Assembly (NCBI GenBank): GCA_002269645.1
Contig: NIVC01000020.1
Location: forward strand, 620,001 to 684,000
Length of the DNA stretch: 64,000 nucleotides
Direction: 5' to 3'
DNA from: Macrostomum lignano
Lineage: Eukaryota
Below are positions 1-11,591 of this stretch, in pieces. The position numbers and the translations under genes were made by a program. The notes beneath the pieces were generated by a model. That model did not search any database. It was not told where the DNA came from and was given only the letters and a program-made list of their open reading frames with translations. Numbering within the stretch: the first letter of the stretch is position 1; each line of letters starts with the position of its first letter.

Positions 1-829
1 CTTTTGATTTACCGTCTGCCAGGACAGAAGATTTAAGGGAAGCTCTCAGTTTTTTTCACTGAATGACTGCCTCTCTCACCGGAGAGACGGTGTCGGCGTG
101 GATGCCCAGCAGTTGAGGTTTGCCCACTACAGAGACTTGATCAGGACTTAGCCGCAACAGGTAGACCACAATCGCCTGCAGAATGTTGAAGGTCTACAAG
201 CTCCGCGTCAACACATGCGGCTGACTGGGCAAGGTGAGGTGCAGTGAGGCGCTGAAGCACGGCTGGCAGTGTAGCAGCGCTGTGGCACGAGTGTCTGTGG
301 GCGTGGCTGAACGACCCAGAGGTGCTCAGGTGCTCAGCCTGCCCCATAGATCTTATACCCGGTATTCTCATATATACGCTCGTACTGGTATGTGTTTATG
401 ATCTTTGGTCTGCCCGTGCATCAATGCCATTCGGCAGTACGTTGATTATATTGCTGACGTTACATTGTTTGCCTGTCCGTGCAGAAATACCCTGATGATT
501 GCTGATTGACGCACAGGGGAAGGTGCGCGACACACAGCTAGCCCTTGTTCTTGAATTCTGTGTCTGCGTTGCTTCAATTAGCATTGAAAGAAAATAGAAT
601 ATGAGGCCGACGGCAGGTTATCTAGCAAGATTTCATTTCTAAAGGTTCTCAGTGAACTAGGCTTTGCTTATCATATTTTCGACACTTTAAGTGTACTTCT
701 CAAAAATTCGCTTTATGACTGTTTCACCTCTGCTCAAAGCTTTCTTTGTTACACCTGCATTACCCCAGAAGTTGTGAACTATCCTCAGAGCTTTCTACGA
801 GCTATATTAATAATTTTACATGCTTTCAG

Positions 830-3800
830 CATTTCGCCGGCTGCACAAGCTGCAGGAATGTCCAGGACGGCTATCAATGCAACAGCACCAGCTCGTGCAC
901 GCTGGGAGATAGTTGTCAAGTGTGCAGTTCTGACTTCTGCAACGCGGTCTATCCCTCAAGCATCAGCTGTTTCTACCGCAGAGGCATGCCATCCAATGCA
1001 AATGACAATGGAACGAAGATCAACTGTTATTACGGGGTGGCCACCTGTTACACGTACATGTCGGTAAGTTGCATCAGCACAGACGCACCTCAGCAGTACA
1101 TCGACTTGCTTTCAGTTAAGATCTTTCACACCATTTTCATTTACCCTCAACTCCCAGAGCACGTCCAACTATGTTGGCTGCGGTGACTGCAGCACACGGG
1201 ACGATCCCACGTGCGTCACATGCAACTCTGCGTACTGCAACACCATCAACCCATCGTCCATCAGCTGCTACGTTGGCACTCAAAACTACGGCGGATCACT
1301 GCGCAACGGAAGTGCCATAGCATGCCCGACAGGAGTCACGTCGTGCTTCGCCTATCGCCGTCTTAGCACTAGAAACGTGTATTCTTCTAGTGTGAGATGC
1401 TCTTCAGAATTTGCTACATAATTATCAATCAAGTGAGCAATCGAAGCCATCTCCCCAATAGTGCACAGACAGTACGAAGGCTTGCAAGGACTAGTTTAGT
1501 GTTGCTTGCATAATCAGCAATCGCTTTTTCAGGTATTGAGCACGCATTCTGTGGGTACAATGACTCCTAGCTCCTACGCAGCATGCCATCTGTCAGAGGC
1601 AGAGCTTTTCTATATCAACTTTGCCCTTGATGGTCTCAGGGGCCTGTAGGGGGGAACTTCAGAGGCTTCTGTCATCAATCATAGCGGGTGCTCTGTCATT
1701 TCCCACTCTAACAAAGTGAGGGCTCAGCCCTAGTGATCGGGAGTGCCTGAGCAAACAGGGGAGCTGCCTACAGCCGAAGCTGGGACTCTGCTTAGGACCT
1801 CAATCGGGAATCTGCAACACCAGCCAGAAGACTTTACTAGGGGATCCTTTACGACTGCGATCGTGTCAAGTAACAGTCAGACAGACTACTGAAAGTAGTA
1901 CGGGTGAGCATGTGGTGTATGAATGATTTTCAGATGCTCAGTGCGAGAAGGGTCGCGCATTCAGGGGTTGCTCTTCTTCCCGTCCACTTGACTTACGAGC
2001 GTAGACTTGACTTGCTGCGGGACTTGCTGCAGGGGGTTCCGGGCATCCGGATACAGCAGGCAGGCGTGGCCGCCCATTCTGCTAACCCCTGGAGACCACG
2101 GGCAGCCGGTGCTGCGGTGTCGCGCAGGGAGATCCGGTGGTGCCGGTGTCCGCACGGCGGTTTCCATCCGGAGAGTCCAGGTGGTGGATGATCGCTCGCC
2201 CCCCCCCGTAGCCCTTACTCGTAGCGGACGAGCTGGCAGAGATTCTCAGACCTGGAAACGTTGGAGAGGTCCGGGTGTGGGCCGAGGTAGGTGAGCCTGT
2301 CCTGAGTAAAGGCGGGCATTCACAGATGAAGCGCTCCGCATTCTCGACACCGCGGAGAGGCAGAAAGGCCATTCCCCGCTACGGATTTTTCCCTGCAGGT
2401 GGCGATGCCTGGCAAAACAGCCATGTCCCGAGGGGGCCATGGTGGCCGCCCTGACCTCCCTGCGGTTCCCGCCTACTCCAATGCTGGTTGACTTCGCCCC
2501 TCTGACTCACGAAGCTGCCAGCGTCCTCTCCAGCCTTCCGCAGCTTCCCGATGCTTCACGGCTAAGCAGGTTGCTTGGTTTCAAATGAGAAACTGAAGAA
2601 ATGAGGCTTCAATCATTCAATCACTTAATTGGCTGCCTGAGCATACAGGCTGTGGCTCGGGGTTCGCCATTGAGTAGCTGTTGAGTAGATACTAATGGGA
2701 GAGAGAAGAAAGAGAGAACTCAGGAGACAAAAGCGATGGAGCCTTGATGGGGAAAATGCAAAGGTACGCTCGTGCAGAAAAGAAAAATATGGCAGATAGC
2801 TGAGAAACTGAAAATTAATCGTCAAGTATGCAGTTTTGAGGTTTCCATAAATGTTTAAAGTGCCTAACTCTGCAGTTCCATATTATAAAAACTTGCAGTT
2901 CACTTCTGGCTGCGGTGCCTGCAACTCCACTGATAACCCGACATGTGCGAACTGCAGCACCGACCTGTGCAACACGGTCACGCCTTCAGCCATCAGCTGC
3001 AATCTTCAAACAGTCTCTGACTCAACCAATACCGTTAGCCACGGAAACCGGGTTGCCTGTCAGTCTGGAATAACTTCTTGCTACTCAACCATGATTTCGG
3101 TATGAGCTGAGTGGGTTGGCCCTTTTTACATTCCGCATAGACATCGCTTCTAAGTTCTAACAGATTCATTGCACTTGGACACCACAGAATTGGTACAATG
3201 CATTCTACGATTACGGCTGCGGAAGCTGCAGCGCAGACGTCATGCCGTCCTGTGTGAACTGCGCCACCGACAACTGCAACACGGCTGACAGGACTGGGCA
3301 CACCTGCTACAGCCTCACCTCAAGCCCTTATCGTAGCTTTACGCGTGCCATTACTGTGGCTTGCACCGGAGGAATTAAAAGCTGTTACACCCTAAACAAG
3401 CCGATTGTAAGCCCGACTAAAAACTTGTAATTCTGCATCTGTTTAGATATCATATTTCAGACTGATGGCCTTTTATGACGTGTTGGCGGAAGGCAAATCC
3501 CAGTCAGTTAAACTGCAGTCAATAATAAAACTTCCAGTCAGAATTATGTTCATAGATTAAAAAACACAATTCCCTGTCAGCATCTGATCAACTTAAACAG
3601 GGGCAGAACGAGCTGCTCATTGATTTGAGCAGTCTTCCATCTGTGGAGCCAGCAGCGTCATGTGAGCTGTTCTTTACCCACTTTGCGCCCTTTCAGATAT
3701 TTTCCAATAAAAAAATTCAATATAACCATGAGCGGCTGCGGCGTCTGCACCCCCACATCAACTGCTCTCTACGGCTGCACCTCCTGCAACACAAGCAACT

Positions 3801-4759
3801 GCAACGCACCTGCCAATAGCAGCAGCAGCCTGCCGCCAGGTCAATCGAACCCAACAGCGAATCCTGCGATCACCGCGTCGGGCATCGACTGCTACCAGAG
3901 CTTCAGCAAAAATAAGAAAACAGAACAGCAGAAAACCAGCTGCCCATCCTACAGCAGCTGCTTTGACTACACCTTCAAATCCGGCTCGGACAGGGTGAGT
4001 CCTGGGGCCTGTGGTGTGCCGGTGGGTTCCACACGTCAGAACCCAGTGCAGTTCCACCCACCCTGCCACACTGCACCCTGCCACACTGCACCCTGACACA
4101 CTGCACCCTGCCACACTGCACCCTGACACACTGCACCCTGACACACTGCACCCTGCCACACTGCACCCTGCCACACTGCACCCTGCCACACTGCACCCGT
4201 GCCACACTGCACCCTGCCACACTGCACCCTGCCACACTGCACCCTCCCACACTGCAACCGTGCCACACTGCACCCTGCCACACTGCACCCTGCCACACTG
4301 CACCCTGCCACACTGCACCCTGCTACACTGCACCCTGCCACACTGCACCCTGCCACACTGCACCCTGCCACACTGCACCCTGCCACACTGCATCCCCACC
4401 CCTGCCACACTGCATCCCCACCCCTGCCACACTGCATCCCCACCCCTGCCACACTGCATCCCCACCCCTGCCACACTGCATCCCCACCCCTGCCACACTG
4501 CATCCCCACCCCTGCCACACTGCATCCCCACCCCTGCCACACTGCATCCCCACCCCTGCCACACTGCATCCCCACCCCTGCCACACTGCAGTTCTACATC
4601 TCCGGCTGCGGCAGCTGCCCGTTCAGCGGAGGCAGCTACGACTCCACCTGCCACACCTGCTTGACCGACCTCTGCAACTCCGGCAGCCGGCTGGGAAGCC
4701 GCGCCTTCACCGCTGCTGCCGCCGCCGTTGCCGCCTTCTGCGTGACACTGCTGAGCTGA
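830..4759 (+). CDS. Multi-domain Cys-rich three-finger (Ly6/uPAR-like) GPI-anchored surface protein, paralog 1 (5' exons lie before the window; apparent +1 frameshift in exon 3697-3994)
   Basis: Exons 830-1063, 1158-1391, 2899-3099, 3188-3406, 3697-3994 and 4592-4759, all with GT-AG phase-0 boundaries. Repeating module ISC..C..CY | GCGxC..CxxCxxDxCN. C-terminus CNSGSRLGSRAFTAAAAAVAAFCVTLLS is a typical omega site plus hydrophobic GPI signal. Exon-by-exon match to 16357-29598. Exon 3697-3994 is 298 nt because of an A7 run at 3709-3715. Confidence 0.8.
2215..2590 (-). mobile_element. Degenerate 3' fragment of a non-LTR retrotransposon ORF2 (C-terminal CCHC zinc-knuckle region) in an intron of paralog 1
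   Basis: Joining frames gives SGHGCFARHRHLQGKIRSGE(W)PFCL..ENAERFICECP..FTQDRLTYLG, resembling the LTGHxxLxxH...CxxC..ExxEHxxxECP...RxxxLG tail of LINE ORF2. It lies in a ~1.2-kb block (about 1440-2690) absent from the paralogous intron. Confidence 0.6.
4063..4591. repeat. Intronic minisatellite, 15-bp then 22-bp units (ccacactgcaccctg; ccacactgcatccccacccctg), ending in the splice acceptor
   Basis: Direct reading; the last unit reads ccacactgcAG|TTC. Confidence 0.95.
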
Positions 4760-5097
4760 GATGCTGAATGCACTGACTGCTGAGATGCTGAATACACTGA
4801 TTGCTGAGATGCTGAATACACTGATTGCTGAGATGCTGAATACACTGATTGCTGAGATGCTGAATACACTGATTGCTGAGATGCTGAATACACTGATTGC
4901 TGAGATGCTGAATACACTGATTGCTGAGATGCTGAATGCACTGATTGCTGAGATGCTGAATACACTGATTGCTGAGATGCTGAATACACTGATTGCTGAG
5001 ATGCTGAATACACTGATTGCTGAGATGCTGAATACACTGATTGCTGAGATGCTGAATACACTGATTGCTGAGATGCTGAATACACTGATTGCTGAGC
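4755..5097. repeat. 24-bp tandem array (tgctgagatgctgaatacactgat) x ~14 starting at the stop codon of paralog 1
   Basis: Direct reading; 8-aa periodicity in the spurious ORFs. Confidence 0.95.
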
Positions 5098-5399
5098 TAC
5101 CGCTGACCGCCCGCTCAGCTGCGATGTTAGACTGAATGCTGCACTTTATTCCTTACTGAGTTGAACATTTTCATATGATAACAGTTAAACAGTGGATACA
5201 ATATAACTGTATATACAACTATCCAATATACTAAAATGAGTTGTCTCTATCTTCTCGGTGCACAGGCATACACAATGATGTTAATTTTGATATCCCGAAT
5301 TTCGCCCGTGAACTGTTTTGCATATACTCAAGCATTAATTGGTTTACTGGACATTCAGTTTGCACAAATTCGTATCGTATCAGATATTAAACTTGTGGG

Positions 5400-5520
5400 G
5401 AGTGGCTGAGGAGATGTGAGGAGTGGCTGAGGAGATGTGAGGAGTGGCGGAGGAGAAGTGAGGAGTGGCTGAGGAGATGTGAGGAGTGGCTGAGGAGATG
5501 TGAGGAGTGGCTGAGGAGAT
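5400..5520. repeat. 21-bp tandem array (agtggctgaggagatgtgagg) x ~6
   Basis: Direct reading. Confidence 0.9.
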
Positions 5521-5533
5521 AAGTCTACCTGAT

Positions 5534-5960
5534 TGTCGCGACTTTCTTCGTCATTTCTTATTTCACCTTCACTTGTCTCTGTTTGCACTGTTCTCTCTCC
5601 CTCTCTGTCCAGTTCAGTCTTGTTATTCTTTTCTCACCCTCGTTGCCTTCTGATTGGCTCTCCATTCTCGCCTCTTTGTCTACCCCTCCTTGTCTTATTT
5701 TGCCCTCCTATTTTATTGGCCTCAATATACACGTTTGGGTCCTGAGCCCTCTGTCTGTTTTGTTGTAAACGATAAACTCGCCGTGTTTTCAATTAAGTAC
5801 TTGCCGTTTTATTGCTAGTTTTCACATGGCGCCCGAGTGGAAAAGTTCAGCACAGAACGTTGGCCTGAAAAAGTTGATATCTGTAAGCGTTCGGACTTGG
5901 TAGGCTGGATCCCGAGCTGCTCACAGACCTCTCGGTGCACAACTTCGATTGCTGGCCGTG
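5534..5960 (+). mobile_element. Probable truncated LTR-retroelement 5' end: ~293-bp LTR (TGT...ACA, 5534-5826) followed by a tRNA-Lys-type PBS
   Basis: TGTCG at 5534; TTCACA at 5821-5826 immediately followed by TGGCGCCCGA (5827-5836), which matches the tRNA-Lys PBS TGGCGCCCGAAC over 10 nt. No partner LTR or ORF; the sequence runs into a satellite. Confidence 0.45.
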
Positions 5961-5974
5961 TCGGGGCGCTATCA

Positions 5975-7459
5975 CAAACCCTAAATATCACATTCTCTAA
6001 AAGCAACCTACATAATAAACCCTAAATATCACATTCTCCAAAATTCTTACAAGACATCACAGACCCTAAATATCATAACCCCTAAATATCACATTCTCCA
6101 AAAATCTTACAAGACACATCACAGACCCTAAATATCATAACCCCTAAATATCATAACCCCTAAATATCACATTCTCCAAAAATCTTACAAGACACATCAC
6201 AGACATAAATATCATAACCCCTAAGTATCACATTCTCTAAAATCTTACAAGACACATCACAGACCCTAAATATCATAACCCCTAAATATCACATTCTCCA
6301 AAAATCTTACAAGACACATCACAGACCCTAAATATCATAACCCCTAAATATCACATTCTCCAAAAATCTTACAAGACACATCACAGACATAAATATCATA
6401 ACCCCTAAGTATCACATTCTCTAAAATCTTACAAGACACATCACAGACATAAATATCATAACCCCTAAATATCACATTCTCTAAAATCTTACAAGACACA
6501 TCACAGACCCTAAATATCATAACCCCTAAATATCACATTCTCTAAAATCTTACAAGACACATCAGAGACCCTAAATATCATAACCCCTAAATATCACATT
6601 CTCCAAAAATCTTACAAGACACATCAGAGACCCTAAATATCATAACCCCTAAATATCACATTCTCCAAAAATCTTACAAGACACATCACAGACCCTAAAT
6701 ATCATAACCCCTAAGTATCACATTCTCTAAAATCTTACAAGACACATCACAGACCCTAAATATCATAACCCCTAAATATCACATTCTCTTAAATCTCACA
6801 AGACACATCACAGACATAAATATCATAACCCCTAAGTATCACATTCTCTAAAATCTCACAAGACACATCACAGACATAAATATCATAACCCCTAAATATC
6901 ACATTCTCCAAAAATCTTACAAGACACATCACAGACATAAATATCATAACCCCTAAGTATCACATTCTCTAAAATCTTACAAGACACATCACAGACCCTA
7001 AATATCATAACCCCTAAATATCACATTCTCTAAAATCTTACAAGACACATCACAGACCCTAAACATCATAACCCCTAAATATCACATTCTCTAAAATCTT
7101 ACAAGACACATCACAGACATAAATATCATAACCCCTAAATATCACATTCTCTAAAATCTTACAAGACACATCACAGACCCTAAATATCATAACCCCTAAA
7201 TATCACATTCTCTTAAATCTCACAAGACACATCACAGACATAAATATCATAACCCCTAAGTATCACATTCTCTAAAATCTCACAAGACACATCACAGACA
7301 TAAATATCATAACCCCTAAATATCACATTCTCTAAAATCTTACAAGACACATCACAGACCCTAAATATCATAACCCCTAAATATCACATTCTCTAAAATC
7401 TTACAAGACACATCACAGACCCTAAATATCATAACCCCTAAATATCACATTCTCTAAAA
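5975..7459. repeat. AT-rich satellite, 60-62-bp unit x ~24 (internal ccctaaatatca duplication)
   Basis: Direct reading. Confidence 0.95.
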
Positions 7460-7719
7460 TTTGTGGAAGAGGAAGCTCCAGCATTCTAAAGCCGAGTACT
7501 ACTGTTAACAGTAAGTAGTACTAATAGTACACTGACTATGAGCATACTGTATAAGCATAGTAAAGTATTCAGTAGTCTCATGCGTATGTGGTCCATCCGT
7601 GTGCCCTGCACTGACTGCGCCACTATTTTGGCTAAGAATGAGCAGCGCGGTAGACAACCACAGCATCACTTCGCCAGTCACCAATGCATTTGAACAGATT
7701 GCCCAAGACGGTAGGCCCA

Positions 7720-8330
7720 GGTAGCACCACCTCCCGAGCAGGCTGTGCGCTGAGAACGAACGAGCGTCCTGCTTATCAGTTGCTAGGCAGCGCTTGAGAA
7801 ACCCGTCGAACTTTGAGGCAGACAGGACAACAGAGGATCCGCCCGCCAGCAGCTGAACACAGGTTGCCTGCCGCCGAGCTTGCTGATGCCGAGGTGACTC
7901 TCTAGCGCGGCGATCGGGCAAAGCGGATGTCCTTCTTTTAGCCTTGGAAGCAGCACTCGGTGCAGCCTCGCGCCGAACTGGTTTGTCTCGCCATAACTGA
8001 CGGAGAGCACAACCCCCTTCGGGTGGCGTTGAAAGGCTGAGATCGGTGATCGGTGATGTCGATCAGAGGTTGGAGGAAAAATCCTCCGTGCCGAACAACT
8101 TGCGACGCCGAGTTCAACTTGCCGATCAGCTTCTGTAAACACGACTTTGACAAACACGAATTCGGTGGAACGCACTTGCTACGGTTCACGGTGAATCCCA
8201 GCCGCTCCAGCAGATCGATGAGATGATTGTAGAACTTCCAACAGGCCCTCCAGATTCTTCACAAAAGGCAGATTCAGCAGAAAAACTCGTAACGCCAGCA
8301 AACCCTCATTCGTAGCCATAAAGGTGGCGG
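7720..8330 (-). mobile_element. Heavily deleted DIRS/Ngaro-type tyrosine-recombinase retrotransposon remnant (RT and YR pieces)
   Basis: RT-like LIDLLERLGFTVNRSKCVPP and LQKLIGKLNSASQVVRHGGFFLQPLID; YR-like GETNQFGARLHRVLLPRLKEGHPLCPIAAL and FLKRCL..SFSAHSL/LGRW, spread over shifting frames. Confidence 0.75.
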
Positions 8331-8339
8331 CCTAAATCG

Positions 8340-9774
8340 GCGTGTACAACGCACCTACCACCCAGGGACTTCTTAAAAGTCTAAAAAGACCACGGGTCAG
8401 CCGATGTTCGTTTTCTTCGATCCTGTGCACACTGCACAACCTCAAGAACATCTACAATACAACAAGTTCCAAGTCAGAAAAAACTTCCAATGTCTCGCCT
8501 TTCCACCTGTTTTGCTGCGCACTTGTGAGGCATAGTTTCAGCATATCACTGATTTATACAACATCAAAGCCTGCAAAACAGTGCGACTGGCCCACAAGTT
8601 GAGTCCAACTGTAATCAGCCCCCGAAGCATTGAAAAATCATCCGCGAAGTTGGCAGCGGCGGTTTTCTGCGAGTCAACACGAGACGTTTCTTCAGGTGTA
8701 CTTACAACCAAAATAGGCCAAGTAGAGTAGAGTAGAGTATATAGCATAGTTTACTTTAAAAAACGGACGTGTTAGTATAGTAAAAGTATATGGCAAGAAA
8801 AAGAAAAGCAAGTTTAAAATTCTTTTTTTTTAATTTCACACACACAATTTCAGTCTTGGGAAACTTCCGGCAGCCGCGGCTTGTCCAGGGAGACCTTCCT
8901 GGCTTGTCGCCACACCTGCCGAGCTATCGCTGCGTGCGCGAGGCACCTTCTGGACCGTGAAGACTTTTCCTACGTCTTACTCGGCGCCCTGCAGTCCGAC
9001 AGCATCGAGCGCACATTCGGTTGGCTTCGCCAGATGTCTGGAGCGAACTATTTCATCTCGGCCAGGCAGCTCTCCGAGAACAACCAGAAGATCGCAGCTA
9101 TCAGCTTGCTCAAGTTCTCGCAGTTTTCGCTCCACGATATTGACCGTGCAATCGCCGAGTCGACTTATTTTCCTGATGTCGAGTCCAACATGAAGAAACT
9201 GACTCAGGAGATGGCAGCGAAAATGGAGATGACTTTTCAGTCCGGAGAATCCGACTGCACTGTCATCTGCTACATGAGCGGCTGCATCGCAAAGAAGCTT
9301 CTGCAGAACAGGCGTGGCTGCGAGTCCTGCCGGGAGCTTCTGCTTGAGTCAGATGTTCTGCCTCCTCCTGAAGCAGATGCTCCGGTCCAGTCCGCTGCAT
9401 CCACTTTTATTGACGAGATTAATCGCGGCGGGCTGTCCAAGCCGGCTGCAATTGCTTTCAATCTCGCAAGCCACTGTTGGGGAATTTTTGAGGAGATTCG
9501 ACAGAGCGAAACACTGCGAAGCCAGCTGCTCTGCGCTTCGAGCCAGGTGCTGCTGTTCTCCAAGCTCGTGGACGAGCTGATGGAGGATGATGTCTTCATG
9601 GAAAGCTTCTTTGGTCGCACATTCTGTTCTCAAGGCCACTGCATCAAGGGCGGCGTTGTCAGGTTCTTCTTTAACTCGATGATCAAGAACCTGTCGAAGG
9701 ACTTGTCAGCAGCCAGCACCGCTGCCAGAAGAAGGAAGGTGGCGAAGCTTTCCAGCCTGTGCACTGACAAGTAA
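8340..9774 (+). pseudogene. P-element/THAP9-type transposase remnant: frameshifted central part plus an open 3' ORF (about 8854-9774)
   Basis: PMFVFFDPVH..LKNIYN; FQHITDLYN..VRLAHKLSPTVISPRSIEKSSAKLAAAVFCEST; GLSRETF; LGALQSDSIERTFGWLRQMSGANYFISARQ, matching recalled P-transposase motifs. N-terminus missing; no terminal repeats identified. Confidence 0.8.
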
Positions 9775-10507
9775 GACAATGATCAAATTCATGTTCATTG
9801 GAACTGCATTAATGGACATGTTCTCAAAATATGCTGTCAAATGCAGCTCATAGATTAAAATCTACCTGGAATTATCTTATGCTTTTTGGCACTAATGCAC
9901 TTATGCCCATGTCTGAATGCATCAATATTTCACAGAATTGCTGGCGTTATATTACCGTATACTCGTACTTTGATGCTTCTCATGAGCTTTTTTACTAATA
10001 TGCTGAATAATCTGTTTAAAAGTTTAATTACCACAAAGTTGCTGGATAGGTGATGTTTTTGCTGATAAAATGAAAACTGCGTTGCGATTAAAATTGCCAT
10101 AAAATGTACTGAAAATTGCTTACTTGCTCTGAAATTTAAAAGTTTTTATCCACTAAATTTTAGTGAATTAATCAATAAGAGATTCTGAAATATACGTGAA
10201 TAAGCTTTTATTTATCCAAATAATCATTTTTGGAAAGCAAAAGCAAGCATATTATAGAAAGCCGCTAGCGTGCATATCACTTCTGCAAAATACTGCACAG
10301 CCACGCACAATTGGCCAAAACCGGCCTCATCTTGCAGGGGGGTAAAAAGCCTTGCGTGTCCCGGTGCCAGCTTAGGAAGTCCCTGCCACCACCCCACCAC
10401 ACAGCCAACACCCAAACAGCCCCCCTTGCACTACTAGCGGCTAGCACTTGCGGGCTCCGATGCATTTTCACACCATTTTCACTCATATTTTAACTGTTCA
10501 CATCAAA

Positions 10508-11392
10508 GTTTGTGTCCGGACTGAGGCTTGAGCATCCGCAATCCTGATACAGTTTGTGTCCGGACTGAGGCTTGAGCGTCCGCAATCCTGATACAGTTTG
10601 TGTCCGGACTGAGGCTTGAGCGTCCGCAATCCTGATACAGTTTGTGTCCGGACTGAGGCTTGAGCGTCCGCAATCCTGATACAGTTTGTGTCCGGACTGA
10701 GGCTTGAGCGTCCGCAATCCTGATACAGTTTGTGTCCGGACTGAGGCTTGAGCGTCCGCAATCCTGATACAGTTTGTGTCCGGACTGAGGCTTGAGCGTC
10801 CGCAATCCTGATACAGTTTGTGTCCGGACTGAGGCTTGAGCGTCCGCAATCCTGATACAGTTTGTGTCCGGACTGAGGCTTGAGCGTCCGCAATCCTGAT
10901 ACAGTTTGTGTCCGGACTGGGGCTTGAGCGTCCGCAATCCTGATACAGTTTGTGTCCGGACTGAGGCTTGAGCGTCCGCAATCCTGATACAGTTTGTGTC
11001 CGGACTGAGGCTTGAGCGTCCGCAATCCTGATACAGTTTGTGTCCGGACTGAGGCTTGAGCATCCGCAATCCTGATACAGTTTGTGTCCGGACTGAGGCT
11101 TGAGCGTCCGCAATCCTGATACAGTTTGTGTCCGGACTGAGGCTTGAGCGTCCGCAATCCTGATACAGTTTGTGTCCGGACTGAGGCCTGAGCATCCGCA
11201 ATCCTGATACAGTTTGTGTCCGGACTGAGGCTTGAGCGTCCGCAATCCTGATACAGTTTGTGTCCGGACTGAGGCTTGAGCGTCCGCAATCCTGATACAG
11301 TTTGTGTCCGGACTGAGGCTTGAGCGTCCGCAATCCTGATACAGTTTGTGTCCGGACTGAGGCTTGAGCGTCCGCAATCCTGATACAGTTTG
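10508..11392. repeat. 44-bp tandem array x ~20 (gtttgtgtccggactgaggcttgagcgtccgcaatcctgataca), near-identical copies
   Basis: Direct reading; no spacers between units. Confidence 0.95.
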
Positions 11393-11591
11393 ATGCATGC
11401 GCCATGACGTTGAGCGCAGTAGGCTCAGAGAAAAGCACATCGGCATACGGGAAAAATTATAGATACGAGTATGAAAAACCAATATGCTACAACATGAGCT
11501 CTTTGAGTCAAAATGCAACAATTCCTTAGCCCTGGACTGGGGAGAGCTGAGCACCTCTCACGCTCTTGCAGCTCCCGGCTGTTAACTTGCT

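Noticed and set aside
10258-10445. Short inverted match (gccgctagcgtgca / tgcactactagcggc) as a possible P-element end or MITE
   Set aside because: Too short and imperfect; no target duplication or matching 5' terminus found.
10508-11392. Regular 44-bp repeats with an internal palindrome (also the 59-, 45- and 31-bp arrays) suggesting CRISPR
   Set aside because: Units are head-to-tail with no unique spacers, there are no cas genes, and the context is eukaryotic.
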